DNA from: Carpediemonas membranifera BICM
Taxonomy: Eukaryota > Protista > Fornicata
NCBI GenBank assembly: GCA_019828565.1
Contig: JAHDYR010000015.1
Coordinates: 654,886 to 718,885, forward strand
Direction: 5' to 3'
Length of the DNA stretch: 64,000 nt
A program made the translations under genes and the position numbers. This document shows positions 17,387-31,000 of this stretch, piece by piece. The notes under the pieces are model-generated. The model worked only from the letters and a program-made list of their open reading frames with translations, searched no databases and was not told the origin of the DNA. The first letter of the stretch is position 1, and each line of letters begins with the position of its first letter.

Positions 17387-20300
17387 ATGAAGAGCCAATT
17401 CGTAACGACAGTTGCTGACACCGGCAATTCTGTCGTTCTACGTTGGCAACCGAATAAGAAGCAGCTTGCAGTAGCGAATGGGAACACTGTGTCATTCTTC
17501 GACCAGCATGGAGCGAAGACCTTTTCATACGACATTGACGGCACGATTAAGGACATACAGTGGTCATCCGATTCGGCTATCCTCGTCATTTTACCATACG
17601 GCTCCAAGGAGCGGCGTCCCGTTGTCTATCTATTGGACGTCAAGCTTAAGAACGCCGCTGTCCTCAACGTCACCATCCCGTACCCTACATCGATAGCATG
17701 GAACTCCCGATCCCACCACCTCGCCATCGGCACCACGAATGGCCATCTGATTCTGTACAACCGCATCACCTCACACATGGAGCGCACGCTTAACAAGCAC
17801 GACGGCGACGTTGAGCACCTTGCTTGGACAGCTCAGAGCAGTCAAATTGTCTCTGCTGGGGCCGACGGCACCGTGTGCATCTCCGATGTGCAGGGAAACA
17901 CCCTCCGCACCCTCAATGTCCCCCGGGCCACCGCCCTCGGGACCGGCCTCGTCCACGGCCAGGAGACTCTCGCCATTGGCACGCCCAGCGGACTGCAGCT
18001 GCTGCAGGGCATGGAGTCGCCCAGCCCCCTCACGGCGACCGTGCCACAGGTGACCAGGATCCTCGTCGGTGACAGCATCGTCACCGCCTCCGCCGACGGG
18101 ACAGTCACGGCGCTCGACACAGACGGCGAGACCCAGTTCCAGCACCGCTACCCGACGCTGCAGACCATCATGGCGGACCCCAGCAGTCTCTTCGTCGTCA
18201 CGGGCAGCGCCGTCCACGAACTCACCCTACACACGTGGGCCAAGGCCGAGACCACACCGGTGCAGGGGGCGTCAGGCGCTTCCATGACATCCGACGGCAA
18301 GTTCCTCAGCGTGCACCATGGAGGGTCGATCGAGACGTTCCTGGCGAAGTCCACGGTGCTCGTCGCCTACTGCTCGACGAGGACGGCCTTCCTGACCGGC
18401 CTGGCCACCGTGACCGTCAAGGACTTCAACTCAGAGCAGACCCAGAGTGTGAAGTTCGCCGCCGAGCCCGCTCTCCTCGCCATCAGCGACACCCACGTCG
18501 CCAGTGTCACCGGGCTCGAGCTGGCCGTGTTCAGCCTCAACGGATCTGACCCGACCCAGACGCTCAGGCAGACCCTGAAGGACAAAGCCACTGACCTCGC
18601 CCTCACCTCCGGTCACGTGGCCGTGCTGAGCGGCGGCGTGGCGACGGTCCTGCCCCTCAACCCGACCGTCACCCAGCAGCACACCATACCGGCAGACCCA
18701 CAGGCCCGGGAGCTCGGGGTGAGGGTGACGGCCCTGTCCGGGGCGGGGGCCGTGCTGTGGTTCTCGACGGCGTCCCCCTCGAGGGGCGGCACTCTGGCTC
18801 CCTTCGTCCCCGCGACGGGAACTACCGGCCCGGCCATCAACCACACGCTCGGGGTCAAGCGGATACACGCCAAGGAGACGGGGACGGCCGTCGTGTTCGT
18901 GGACACCAAGTCCTCTGCCTTCTACGCCGACGCCGTCGCCCAGACGTTCGTCCCCATCAACCCGGACGTTGTCCTCGAGAAGCCCGCCGTCGCCAAGGTC
19001 GAGAAGCAGTCGCCCGCCCCACCCACCCCGCAGAAGCCGGCGGCTGACCTCTTTGACGACGGCGTGCTTGACCAGTTCACGCCGTACAAGGCGCCCCAGG
19101 CGGAGGAGGAGGACGCCGAAGAGGCGCCGCTGCTAGACGTCGAGCCGGTTGGGCCTTCCCTGCCGTACGCCGTGATGCGGGCATTCGGGGAGGACGGCAA
19201 GGTCCTCTGGGACAGGTCTGATGTCTTCGGGATCTGCGTCGCCCAGTCGATGCCGATGCCCGCCCAGACGCCCGACGGGTCGCCCTATGTACGCCCCATC
19301 GTCCAGCTCTTCTCCGCTCAGACCACCGAGGGCGGGCTGGCCGTGCTTCCGGTCAAGACGCTCGACATCGACCCCCAGGCCCAGCCCGTCGCCATCGCCG
19401 GAGAGACAGCGGTCACCGTGCTCCACGGCGAGCTGCTCCACGTCCCCATGGCATCCCACCGTGCGCTGTTCGAGGCCAGGCAGGGCAGTGTGGCGTCCGG
19501 CCCCACTGCCATCCGGGCCATAGGGGAGGCGCTCGACTCGTTCGACCTGGAGGCCGCCTGGTCTCTGCTTATGCCCATGGCGTGCGACCCCGACAACTTC
19601 ATGCAGGTCCGGCCAGACCTGTCTGAGGACGTCACTGGCCTCATCGAGCGGTACGCCGTGCTGTGCATCCACCTGACCGAGCTCGAGCGGGCGGCAGCGG
19701 CCTATGTGCTGCTCGGGAACCACTCTGTCGTCGCCCACATCCGCCTGTTGGCCCGGGACACGGAGCACGGCGACCAGCGGGCCATGCTCCAAGGCCATGC
19801 CAACGTCCTGCTCGGCAAGATCGACGCCGCCCAGCAGTGCTACCTCCGCGCCGGGAAGCCCGAGGAGGCCGTCCTGGTCCGCCGCGGGCTGTGCAAGTTC
19901 GACGAGGCGATCAAGCTGGCCCAGTCGACCGAGGGCTTCGACCCCCTCACCATCCTCCGCATCAAGGTCGACCGCGCCCATAGTCTGGAGTTCCAGTCGC
20001 TGTTCGACGCGGCTTATGACGAGTTCAGCGCCTGTAGCAGGGAGCTGACGATGATGTATCAAGGCATGACGGCCGACGAGCAGCGGTTCACATCCCAGGG
20101 CCAGGCGGTCCGGCCCCTGCTCGCTGTGACGCAGCAGGGGCTGGCGAGGACAAGCCTGACGTCGCGCGTGTGCGACGAGGTGACTGCGCTGACCATCTGC
20201 GAATCCGAGTGGAGCACGCCCAGGCTTCAGGGCGAGTGCGCCGCCATGCTCGTCAAGCTCAAGAAGTTCGCATCGGCCGCCCGTTTGTACGAGCTTGCAG

Positions 20301-21895
20301 GCCAGCCTGCCCGTGCCGCGGGTATCCTCATCAAGCTGAAGGACGTCGCAAACCTGCGTCGTCTCATCACGCCGACAGCCGACTACGTCACGCCCGCACT
20401 CAGAGAGCAGTTCGGCAACCTCCTCGCGGCCAACGGGCACGACTCCGAGGCAATCATGGAGTACCAGCGGGGCGGGGCGGAGTGCGTCATGTCGCTGACC
20501 AAGCACGTCATCAACAAGCGCCCACAGGACGCCCACATCGCATTTGACGCAGCCCGCCAGCATCATCACGCCAAGGCCGCGGGTATGCTGTCCCGCCATG
20601 CGTTGACCACCGGTGACTATCGCGCAGCGGTTGAGATGGCGCTGATCTCAAGAGACCGGGAGGCGGCCAAGAGCCTCGTCCTCGACCACCACACGGCCCA
20701 GACGCCCCTGCTGGACGTCTTCCTCGCCAACATCACTGGAAAGAAAGATGCTGAACTCGCAGGCCTGGCACAGAACATGATCGACCGCGGCGCCTTCAGT
20801 GAGGCAGGGAAGATTTACGCAGAGCTCGGCGACCTGACCCACGCGGTCGACAGTCTGCTCGAGTCGGGTGAAGACGAGGACCTCAGCCTCGCAGTCGACC
20901 TCGTAGGCGGTATCGATGTTGAGGCGGACCCCGAGTCGATCAAGCCGCTGAGGAAGGTCGTCGAGGTCCTTAAGGGCGAGGCCGATGGGCAACGCCGCGA
21001 CCCCCGCTTTATCTTCCAGCTGTATGTCGTCCTTGGCCAGTACGATGAGGCTGCCGCAGTCGCTCTCGCCGTGGCCGCCCGTGAGATCCAGTCAGCCAAG
21101 TTCGCCGACGCCGAGCGCACCATGTGGCTCGTTCTCTCGCAGTTTAAGGCCCGCAACATCCCGGCGCCGTCCGAGGTCCGGGACCGCTTCCTCTTCCTCC
21201 ACCGCTACAACATCGCCAAGGAGCTCGGGGGCCGGCGACAGGAGCAGGCCAAGTACGTCCAGCTCGCCGCACGGAACCTGCTGCACGCGACGACTGCGAT
21301 CGGGATGCTGTCCGAGTCGAGCGCCATCTCGCTAAGGATCGCGGCGTTCCGGATGGCACAAGCGGCGAAGATGCCTCAGGCGATGGCCAACCAGGCGCTG
21401 AGATTCGTCAACGCCTTCCCCGACAGTGCTAAGCGCGAGATCATCAAGAAGCGCTACCTGGACGAGAAGGCACCCATCGGTTCTGATGCCCGCAAGGCCA
21501 TTGAGCGGCAGTTTAACCTACTCGTTGCTTACGCCCTTAAAATGCACAAGGAGGCCCGGGTGAAGGCGCACGAGGAAGGGGTCCCAGCGGGCAAGATGCT
21601 GAAGGAGATGTGCCGGGCGACGGACCCAGACGAGCAGACGCCATGCCACGTGTGCGGCACCCCGCTCGACCGGATGGCGACGACGTGCCCACGCTGCCAG
21701 TCGTTGCTTGAGATCTGCAGTGTGACGGGGCAGCACATGGTGGCGGACGACTGGGCCTCGTGCAACTGCTGCGGTATGCCCGCCCTGCTGCCGGAGATCG
21801 CCGCGCTCAAGGCAGCCCGCGGCGCGGCAGTGTGCTCTGTGTGCGGAGGGACGGATGGGTTTGCGGAGGGCGCGCCTCCAGGCCCCAGGCTGTAA
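17387..21895 (+). CDS. WDR19: Intraflagellar transport protein 144 (IFT-A, WD40 + TPR + C-terminal Zn ribbons)
   Basis: N-terminal WD40 (WQP, AWN..HLAIGT.NGHLILYN...KH), TPR solenoid, C-terminal CHVC..CPRC..CSVTGQHMVADD..C..C..CSVC typical of IFT144; ATG at 17387. Confidence 0.85.
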   Translation: MKSQFVTTVADTGNSVVLRWQPNKKQLAVANGNTVSFFDQHGAKTFSYDIDGTIKDIQWSSDSAILVILPYGSKERRPVVYLLDVKLKNAAVLNVTIPYPTSIAWNSRSHHLAIGTTNGHLILYNRITSHMERTLNKHDGDVEHLAWTAQSSQIVSAGADGTVCISDVQGNTLRTLNVPRATALGTGLVHGQETLAIGTPSGLQLLQGMESPSPLTATVPQVTRILVGDSIVTASADGTVTALDTDGETQFQHRYPTLQTIMADPSSLFVVTGSAVHELTLHTWAKAETTPVQGASGASMTSDGKFLSVHHGGSIETFLAKSTVLVAYCSTRTAFLTGLATVTVKDFNSEQTQSVKFAAEPALLAISDTHVASVTGLELAVFSLNGSDPTQTLRQTLKDKATDLALTSGHVAVLSGGVATVLPLNPTVTQQHTIPADPQARELGVRVTALSGAGAVLWFSTASPSRGGTLAPFVPATGTTGPAINHTLGVKRIHAKETGTAVVFVDTKSSAFYADAVAQTFVPINPDVVLEKPAVAKVEKQSPAPPTPQKPAADLFDDGVLDQFTPYKAPQAEEEDAEEAPLLDVEPVGPSLPYAVMRAFGEDGKVLWDRSDVFGICVAQSMPMPAQTPDGSPYVRPIVQLFSAQTTEGGLAVLPVKTLDIDPQAQPVAIAGETAVTVLHGELLHVPMASHRALFEARQGSVASGPTAIRAIGEALDSFDLEAAWSLLMPMACDPDNFMQVRPDLSEDVTGLIERYAVLCIHLTELERAAAAYVLLGNHSVVAHIRLLARDTEHGDQRAMLQGHANVLLGKIDAAQQCYLRAGKPEEAVLVRRGLCKFDEAIKLAQSTEGFDPLTILRIKVDRAHSLEFQSLFDAAYDEFSACSRELTMMYQGMTADEQRFTSQGQAVRPLLAVTQQGLARTSLTSRVCDEVTALTICESEWSTPRLQGECAAMLVKLKKFASAARLYELAGQPARAAGILIKLKDVANLRRLITPTADYVTPALREQFGNLLAANGHDSEAIMEYQRGGAECVMSLTKHVINKRPQDAHIAFDAARQHHHAKAAGMLSRHALTTGDYRAAVEMALISRDREAAKSLVLDHHTAQTPLLDVFLANITGKKDAELAGLAQNMIDRGAFSEAGKIYAELGDLTHAVDSLLESGEDEDLSLAVDLVGGIDVEADPESIKPLRKVVEVLKGEADGQRRDPRFIFQLYVVLGQYDEAAAVALAVAAREIQSAKFADAERTMWLVLSQFKARNIPAPSEVRDRFLFLHRYNIAKELGGRRQEQAKYVQLAARNLLHATTAIGMLSESSAISLRIAAFRMAQAAKMPQAMANQALRFVNAFPDSAKREIIKKRYLDEKAPIGSDARKAIERQFNLLVAYALKMHKEARVKAHEEGVPAGKMLKEMCRATDPDEQTPCHVCGTPLDRMATTCPRCQSLLEICSVTGQHMVADDWASCNCCGMPALLPEIAALKAARGAAVCSVCGGTDGFAEGAPPGPRL

Positions 21896-22080
21896 ACTAT
21901 TAGTGTTGTTGGCGGCTAATCTAGAAGATGGGTGTTTGGCCCAGAGAAAGAAAAACTACCAGGGGCGGACAAAAGCGGAGCTAGGCGTGCATTGGCGGCA
22001 CCAATAGGCCTTGCTAGGGCCTGCTTCCCACGTTTCGTTTTTTCTGCAAAATTTCTAGCACACACAAGCGTCTTGGACTC

Positions 22081-25000
22081 ATGGACTTAGGAGCTACCCT
22101 CGTTGTCTCAACGAAGCTAGCGACTGCTTCTCCAGCCCATCGAGCCACAGAGAAACCAAAGAACGTCAAGTCGATCACGCAGAGCCGCATGATCGAACCC
22201 AAAGTCCAGGTGCCGTTCGAAACTGCCCCTGGCAAGATACCACGCAAGATCGTCATTGAGCGGCGTAAGCGTGAGTTCGCTGCACTTGACATAAGCGAGC
22301 TTATTGGCGACCAGCCCGTTTCTGGGCAGCCCGAGGGAGCAACCGACTACTCGACCATGCTTCCCCTCCACCTCTTCGACGACACGTCCTTCGAGGAACG
22401 CAATCCGTCCGAGTGGTTTGCGCTGGGCAAGGACGACTCGTTCTTCGTGCAGACGCTGCTGGACGGTGAGTGGGTCAGCGCCGAGGCCGTCAACTACAGA
22501 GAGACCGACAATCACTATCTTGTCCAGCTCGAGGAGACCCGCAAGCGCTTGTGGGTTCCTCGCATCATGATGTACATCCTTGGTGAGAACCCGTTCAACT
22601 TCGCCAAGCGCTTTGAGTACGCGCTGAACTCCCGTCGTGACGCCGAGGCCAACGTCCGCTACAACTTGTTCATCGACTCCATGCCCAACGACGACATCGA
22701 GGGCCTGTCCAGCGAGAATATCACCGGGATATCCGAGCTTGCGACCAACAGCCCCGCGCTGACGGAGTTCAACAGAAAGCACCCAGGTTACCTGCGGGAC
22801 CTCGTCGACGAGATCCAGACCAAGCACTCGAGGGCCATCAACAAGATCGTCTTCACGTCCTATCTCCGTTCGAACCCCGACACGGTGGCCGAGCTGAACC
22901 TCAGCCTGGTCGACCTGAAGACCACTCCGCCCCCCGCCCCAGAGAGAGGCCTCGTCCCTATCCCGCCGTACGACTTCAAGGAGCGGCTCGACTCGCTGAT
23001 CTTCAACACGCTGCTGAACCGCTCCGAGGTGGTGCGGGCCCTCGACACGGTCAGGGTGGAGTGTAACAAGGTCATCAACCTCAACGTGTTCTACACCGCG
23101 GATCCCGTCAGAGGGACCCCCAAGCCCCTGACCCTCGAGGAGTTCCTGCAGACGGAGACCCAGGCCATCGGGACCGCCAAGGGACAGCTCGCCGAGCAGT
23201 GGGTCGTGTACCTCAAGAACGGCATCAAGGGCGCCATCAGCAAGTGCGGCAAGGGCTGGTTCAACCTCCAAGAGTCCTCGTACGACGTCTACGTCGTCTC
23301 GAAGCTCCGCCGCCTGCTGACCCTCGTCACCCTCGTCATGCAGGACACCACGCGCTTCCTCATGGAGGCGAGCCTCCGCAGATTCACGGCGTTCATCGTC
23401 AACAGCTGCGACTGGCGCGTGGAGATCACTGACACGGCCGCGGTCGACTCCTTCCACACAGACAACACCGTCGACCCAGACACTGGCCGCCCCGGGCTCT
23501 ACAGACTGCGCGGGCCCCTCTTCCAGGTCAGCCTCCAGATCGAGGAGCGTGAGGCCGCCATTGAGGCCGCTCCCGCCCCCGAGGCCGAGGACGAGGCCAA
23601 GGGTGCCCAGCCGGACAGCACCGAGTCCGACGCCGACGAGGAGGCGCCCCCGGAGGTGACTCCGCATGACTACGAGTTCACCTTCAGCCCCCGCCTGCCC
23701 GAGTTCGTCGACGTGACGTCATCTATCTTCGACAAGGGCCTGTCCGCCACGAAGGGCATTCCTCAGCTCGAGTCCCAGTTGATGGAGAACATCTACTGGT
23801 CGACACAGCTCGTCGTCGCCTCCGTCACCGCCCACGAGCCCCACGTCCAGGCCATGAAGCTCGAGGTGCACCGTGCCGTCTCAGAGGCCCTCGCGCCCGT
23901 GTGGCAGTACCAGGAGCGGTTCGAGAAGTACATCCCCTTCCTCAAGGCAGACCCCCAGCTCGAGATTTTCGAGATCCGCCGCCAGAAGCTGCGGGCTGAG
24001 CAGCTGATGGCCAAGGTCCGCGAGCACGAGGCCGCCATCGAGCAGGTTTACGAGCAAGTGCCCGAGCGCGTCCAGGTCGGCGCCTTCGTCATCAACGTCT
24101 CGCACGTCCGCCGCTTCATCGCCGCCAGGCACCAGACCCTGCGTGACGGCATCGCCGGGCTCATTGAGGAGCGCGCCCGCCAGCTGGCCGACGAGGTCAC
24201 GACGAAGTTCGCCGAGATCCACGGCAACCTGACGCACAAGTCCCGTACGATCGAGGAGGTCAGCACCGCTCGGGAGTTCATCGGGACGATCCCCAACAAG
24301 CTGAGCGAGAACGAGCCTTTGGTCACCACGACCCTCGAGTATTTCGACACGCTGGAGCTGTGCAGCGGCCTGCCGAACGACCTGCTCAAACTCAGGTGGA
24401 AGACGTTCGCATGGCCCAAGACGATCACGGACCAGATCGATGTCACGCGGGACGCCCTCGAGGCAGACGAGGGCCGCTTCAAGGACTCACAGATCGCAGA
24501 GCAGGACCGCTTCCGCAAGCAAGTCGAGCAGCTTTCCCAGCAGGTCGCCCAGTTCCACGTCAACAAGGACGTCGAGAAGGCCGAGGAGATCGCCGAGGAA
24601 GCCGAGCAGCTGCAGCGTAACCTCAAGCGGTCCGAGGACAAGGCCAAGCTCTTCCAGACCAGAGAGACGCTGTTCGGTCTCAACCGCACAGACTACGACG
24701 GCCTCACCCGAACCATCAAGGAGTTCGAGAAGTACACCGCGTTCTGGTACACCGTCCGCGACTGGCGGCGGGGCAAGACCGCATGGATCGATGGCCCCCT
24801 GCACGAGATCGACGCGGAGGGCACAGAGAAGAAGGTCATGGACCACTATCGGGCTCTGTACAAGTCCGTCAAGAGCCTCAAGGACTACCCAGAGTTGGCC
24901 AAGCTCGCGGAGGACACCAGGGCCGAGGTCGAGGAGTTCAAGCCCGTCGTGCCCCTCATCATCGCCCTCAGGAACCCCGGCATGCGGGAACGGCACTGGG

Positions 25001-28000
25001 ACGCGATCAGCGAGGACATCGGGCAGCCACTCAACCCCGACGAGGACTTCACTATCGCCCAGGCGCTCGATATGGGGCTGCTGGAGCACATGGAGGGCAT
25101 CCAGAAGACGTGCGACGTCGCCAGCAAGGAGTTCTCGATCGAGGAGGCGCTCGACAAGATGCAGGGCGAGTGGAAGAACATCCAGCTGGACCTCCACGCG
25201 TACGGTGAGACCGGCTCGTTCGTCCTCAAGGGATCCGACGACATCCAGCAGGTGCTGGACGACCACATCATGATGACACAGGGGATGGCCTTCTCCGCGT
25301 TCAAGAAGCCGTTCGAGGAGCGCATCGCCAAGTGGGAGCAGACGCTCTCGACCATGGGCGAGGTGCTTGAGGCCTGGATAGAGTGTCAGCGGGCCTGGCT
25401 GTACCTGGAGCCCATCTTCTCCTCAGAGGACATCATGCGCCAGCTCCCCACGGAGGGCAAGCGGTTCAGGACGGTCGACGTCATGTGGCGCAAGCAGGTC
25501 AAGATGGCGCACCAGAACCCCCACGCTATGACTGTTCTCGCGCAGCAGTCGCTCTTCGACAAGCTGCAGGAGGCCAACGCCTCGCTCGACCTTGTCCAGA
25601 AGGGGCTGTCCGACTACCTCGAGACGAAGCGGAAGGCGTTCTCCCGGTTCTACTTCCTGTCCAACGACGAGCTGCTCGAGATCCTCTCCCAGACGAGGGA
25701 CCCCAGAGCAGTACAGCCCCACCTCAGGAAGTGTTTCGAGGCCATCGCCTCTGTCAAGTTCGAGGAGGACTCCCAGATCACCGGCATGAACTCCCTGGAG
25801 GGCGAGTTCGTCCCATTCCATCAGGGGATGTACCCCAAGGGCAACGTCGAGAACTGGATGTCCGAGCTCGAGACGACGGTGCTGTCCTCGGTCTACGACA
25901 CCCTGAGACGGGCCATCGAGGAGTACCCGACCATCCCCAGGCGGGAGTGGGTGCTCCGGTGGCCCGGCCAGATCATCCTCGCGGCCTCCCAGGTCTACTG
26001 GGCGCGTGCCATCGAGGAGGCCATTACACAGGGGCCGGACGCCCTGGAGCAGGCGTACAAGGTGCTGCTGGGCCAGCTGGTCGAGCTCACCGACGTCGTG
26101 CAGGGCAAGATCTCCAAGCTCGACATGACGACGCTCTCTGCGCTCCTCACCATCGATGTGCACGCCCGTGATGTCACCCAGAAGATCGTCGACCAGGGCG
26201 CGTCGTCCATTGACGACTTCATCTGGATGTCCCAGCTGCGCTACTACTGGACCGAGGAGGAGCAGTGTGAGATCAGGATGGTACAGACGGTCCGAGTGTA
26301 CGGCAACGAGTACCTCGGCAACTCGTCCCGCCTCGTCATCACGCCCCTGACGGACAGGATCTACATGACCCTCATGGGGGCAATACACCTCAACCTGGGC
26401 GGCGCCCCCGCCGGCCCCGCTGGCACGGGGAAGACTGAGACCACCAAGGACCTCGCCAAGGCCTTGGCAAAGCAGTGCGTCGTGTTCAACTGCTCAGAGG
26501 GTCTCGATTACCTCTCCATGGGCAAGTTCTTCAAGGGGCTCGCCATGTCGGGTGCATGGAGTTGCTTTGACGAGTTCAACCGTATCGACATCGAGGTGCT
26601 CTCCGTCATCGCCCAACAGATCCTCACGATCCAGCAGGCAATCATCGCCAACGCCGAGCGCTTTATCTTTGAGGGCACCGAGATCTCCATCAAGCCCACG
26701 TGTGGTTTGTTATGATCCCTAGTTCACTCTCACACAGCCATCTTCATCACCATGAACCCGGGGTACGCCGGCCGAACTGAACTCCCCGACAACCTCAAGG
26801 CCCTCTTCCGTAACTGCAGTTGCATGGTACCAGGTGCGTTACTTCCCCCCATCTAACCCAGATTACGCCCTTATCGCTGAAATCCGACTCTTTTCGTACG
26901 GTTTCACCAAGGGCAAGGAGCTTTCCCGCAAGATGGCGGCCACCTTCAGGCTCTCCTCCGAGCAGCTCTCCTCACAAGGTTCGTCCCACCCCCACCGCTT
27001 ACCACAGATCACTATGACTTCGGCATGCGTGCCGTCAACACGGTTATCCAGGCCGCCGGCAACCTCAAGCGGCAGCACGGCGCAACCACGCCCGACGATG
27101 AGGATATCCTGCTGCTGCGCGCCCTCAAGGAGTGCAACCTTCCGAAATTCCTCGGCGAAGACATCCAGCTGTTCGAGAACATCATCAATGATCTCTTCAT
27201 CGGCGTGACCCCGCCCGATGTGGACTACGGACAGCTCATGGTCGCCCTCAAGGAGCAGACGGTCGCCTCTGGCCTCCAGCCCGTGCCTAACTTCCTGCAC
27301 AAGTGCATCGAGATGTTCCAGACTGCCACCCTCCGTCACGGCTTCATGCTTGTTGGCCCCACTGGAGCGGGTAAGACTGCCATCCTCGAGACCCTGGCCA
27401 AGGCCATGTCGTCTCTCGCAGCCCAGAAGGTCGAGGAGTTTGAGGAGGTCAAGATCACCAAGATGAACCCCAAGTCGATTACCATGGCCCAGCTGTACGG
27501 CGCCTTCGACGTCAACACCAAGGAGTGGTCCGACGGTATCCTCGCCACGCTGGTCCGCCGCGCTGTGGCGGACACCCGTCCCACTAAGAAGTGGATCGTG
27601 TTTGATGGTCCGGTCGACGCCATTTGGATTGAGAACATGAACACCGTGCTCGACGACAACAAGAAGCTCTGCCTGACGTCCGGTGAGATCATCGCGCTCA
27701 CGCCAGACATGTCGATGATCTTCGAGGTCGAGGACCTGGCCGTCGCATCCCCGGCCACGGTCTCCCGCTGCGGCATGGTCTACATGGACCCCGCCATCAC
27801 GGTCCCCATCAGCGCCCTCGTCGACTCCTGGCTGCAGACCGTGCCCGAGCACGCCCAATGCGTCAGGGAAGAGCTCGGCCACCTCTGCGACAGCTTCATC
27901 GTCAAGGGCATCCAATTCGTCCGCAAGAACTGCCGCGAGCTGATCAGCACCGTCGACTCGAACCTCGCCAAGTCGATGTTCCACCTTATGGACATCTACC

Positions 28001-31000
28001 TCGATCTCTTCAAGCCCAACGAGCTCGGCAAGGTCGACGAGGAGGCAGTCGCTAAGCTTCCCACGTCCATCCGCCCCATGTTCGTGTTCAACCTGATCTG
28101 GTCGATCGGCGCCTCGATGGACGGCGCCAGTCGCCCCAAGTTCAACACGTGGCTGAGAGACTGTCTCGTCGAGCACAACAACGCCTTCACCGCCGATGCC
28201 GCGATCCCCGCGCTGACGCTGCCCGATGGCTCTGTGTTCGACTTCCACTACGACCACGTCGAGGAGGTCTGGACCGGCTGGATGGACCGTATCCCCGCGT
28301 ACAAGGTCCCCGAGAACGTGCCCTACAGCGCCATCATCGTCCCGACCATCGACACCGTCAGAAACGGGTTTATCCTCAAGAAGCTCGTCGAGGCCCACCA
28401 CCACGTGCTCTGCGTCGGTAACACCGGTACGTCCAAGAGCGTCGTGGCGACCAACTATCTCCTCAAGGACAGCGCCGACCATATCATGCCCGTCATGATG
28501 ACATTCTCCGCCCGCACGTCCGCGAATCAGACCCAGGACATCATCGACGGCAAGTGCGACAAGCGCCGCAAGGGCGTCTACGGCCCCCCGACCGGCCGGG
28601 AGTTCGTCATCCTCGTCGATGACACGAACATGCCGTCCCGCGAAGTGTACGGCGCTCAGCCCCCCATCGAGCTGCTGCGCCAGTGGGCCGACCACGGTGG
28701 ATGGTACGACCGCAAGCTGCTACAGTTCCGCCGCATCGTAAGCACCACGCTGCTATGCGCCGTAGGTCCCGCTGGCGGTGGCCGGAACCCCATGACCAAT
28801 CGCTTTGTGCGGCATTTCAACTTCCTGTCGTTCGCCGACATGGATGACAAGTCGCTGTACACCATCTTCCACACGATCATGGCCTCCTTCATGGGCAGGA
28901 ACCTGCCGGCCGACCTGCACAGCCTCAGCAGCCCCATGGTCCAGGGCACGATTGCCCTATTCAACACGATCAAGCGGACGCTGCTGCCGACCCCCACGAA
29001 GTCCCACTACACATTCAACCTGAGAGATCTCTCCAAGGTGTTCCAGGGCGTCTGCATGGCGGACCCCAAGTCCATCCAGGAGGTCCCCCGGCTGCTCCGG
29101 CTGTGGGCCCACGAGGCGACCCGCGTCTTCCACGATCGTCTCATCAACGACGAGGACCGCGACACGTTCAAGGGCATCCTTCGAGACAGCATGGAGACGA
29201 CCTTCAACGAGTCCTGGGACGAGGTTGTGGGCGAGAGGCGCCTGGTCTTCGGCGACTTTATGATCCCTGGGGCAGACCCCCGCAAGTACGCGGAGGTGGA
29301 CGACATGGTGAAGCTCAAGACGGTCGTGGAGGAGTACCTCGACGACTACAACCAGCAGAGCATGCCCATGAAGCTCGTGATGTTCCTGGCCGCTATAGAA
29401 CACGTCGCCCGCATCTCCCGCGTCATCAGGCAGCCCCAGGGCAACGCCCTCCTGCTCGGCGTCGGCGGGTCTGGCCGGCAGTCCCTAACCCGTCTGGCCG
29501 CATTCATGGCCGAGTACCAGCTGTTCCAGATCGAGATCTCGAAGTCATACGACATGAACTCATGGAGAGACGACATCAAGAAGCTGATGACGTCAGCCGG
29601 TCTCGAGGGCCAGGCAGTCGTCTTCCTCTTCACGGACACGCAGATCGTCGACGAGGCCTTCCTCGAGGACATCAACAACCTGCTCAACAGCGGCGAGGTG
29701 CCCAACCTCTTCGAGCAGCAGGAGCTCGACACGATTTACGTCACCATGCGCCCCATCTGTCAGGCCGAGGGCCTCCCCCTCACCAAGCTCTCCCTGTTCC
29801 AGAAGTTCGTCGCCCGCGTTCGCGACAACATCCACATTGTCCTGGCGATGTCCCCGGTCGGCGAGCAGTTCAGGAACAGACTCCGCATGATGCCCGCCCT
29901 CACGAACAACTGCACCATCGACTGGTTCGCTGAGTGGCCTGAGGAAGCTCTGCAGTCCGTCGCCCGCGAGGCCATCCGTGACCTCGAACTCGGCGCGGAG
30001 TCCACCGGCGACCTTGTTGTCGAGATGTGCGTCTCGATCCATCAATCCGTCGAGAAGTTCAGCCGCCTATACAAGCAGGAGCTCCGCCGCATCAACCACG
30101 TCACCCCGACGTCGTACCTCGAGCTGCTCCACACGATTTGCAGCCTCATGTCCAAGAAGCGGCACGAGCTGGCCACACAGAAGAGGCGCCTCGTGATCGG
30201 CCTCGAGAAGCTTGCGTCCACCGCCAATGAGGTGCAGGTAATGCAGGACGAGCTCGTTGAGCTGCAGCCCGTACTCGTCGAGACGGGCAAGAAGGTCGAG
30301 GAGATGATGGTCCAAATCGAGAAGGACAAGGCCGTCGCCGACGAGACCAGGAAGGTCGCCGTCGCCGAGGAGACGGAGGCGTCAGCCAAGGCCGAGGAAT
30401 GCCAGGCGATCAAGGACGACGCCGAGAAGGACCTCGCCGAGGCCCTGCCCGCTCTGGAGCTCGCGGTGCAGTCCCTGAAGCATCTTCAGATCAGCGACAT
30501 CCGCGAGGTCGCCAACTATAACAATCCGCCGTTCGGTGTGCGTCTGGTGATGGAGGCCGTCTGCATCATGTTCGACATCAAGCCCAAGAAGGTCGACGAC
30601 CCCAACAACGTCGGTAAGAAGATCGACGACTACTGGGTGCCGTCCAAGAAGCTTCTGGGCGACCCCAAGGGTCTGCTTGACTCTCTCTTCAAGTTTGACA
30701 AAGACAACATCCCCGAGAAGTCGATTAAGAAGATCCAGCCCTACGTCGCCAACCCCGAGTTCACCCCCGCCAAGGTCGAGAAGGTGTCCAAGGCCTGCAC
30801 GTCCATGTGCATGTGGACCCACGCCATGTACAAGTACCACACCGTCGCCAAGGAGGTCGCCCCCAAGAGAGCACGCCTTGCTGCGGCAGAGGAGGAGCTC
30901 GCCGTTGTGTCAGCCAACCTCGCCAAGACCAAGGCCGCCCTGGCCGATGTCGAGGAGAAGATCCACAACCTCGAGACCACGTACCAGGAGAACGTCGAGA

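Noticed and set aside
26705-27007. Dynein split into two genes, trans-spliced as in Giardia, or pseudogenised
   Set aside because: Three conventional cis GT-AG introns fully restore the conserved AAA1 sequence.
26863-28695. 610-aa minus-strand ORF, and similar long antisense ORFs such as 19133..20599, 22117..23667, 53653..55200 and 55624..57219
   Set aside because: Shadow frames of strongly GC3-biased genes (dynein, IFT144, surface protein); no domain motifs.
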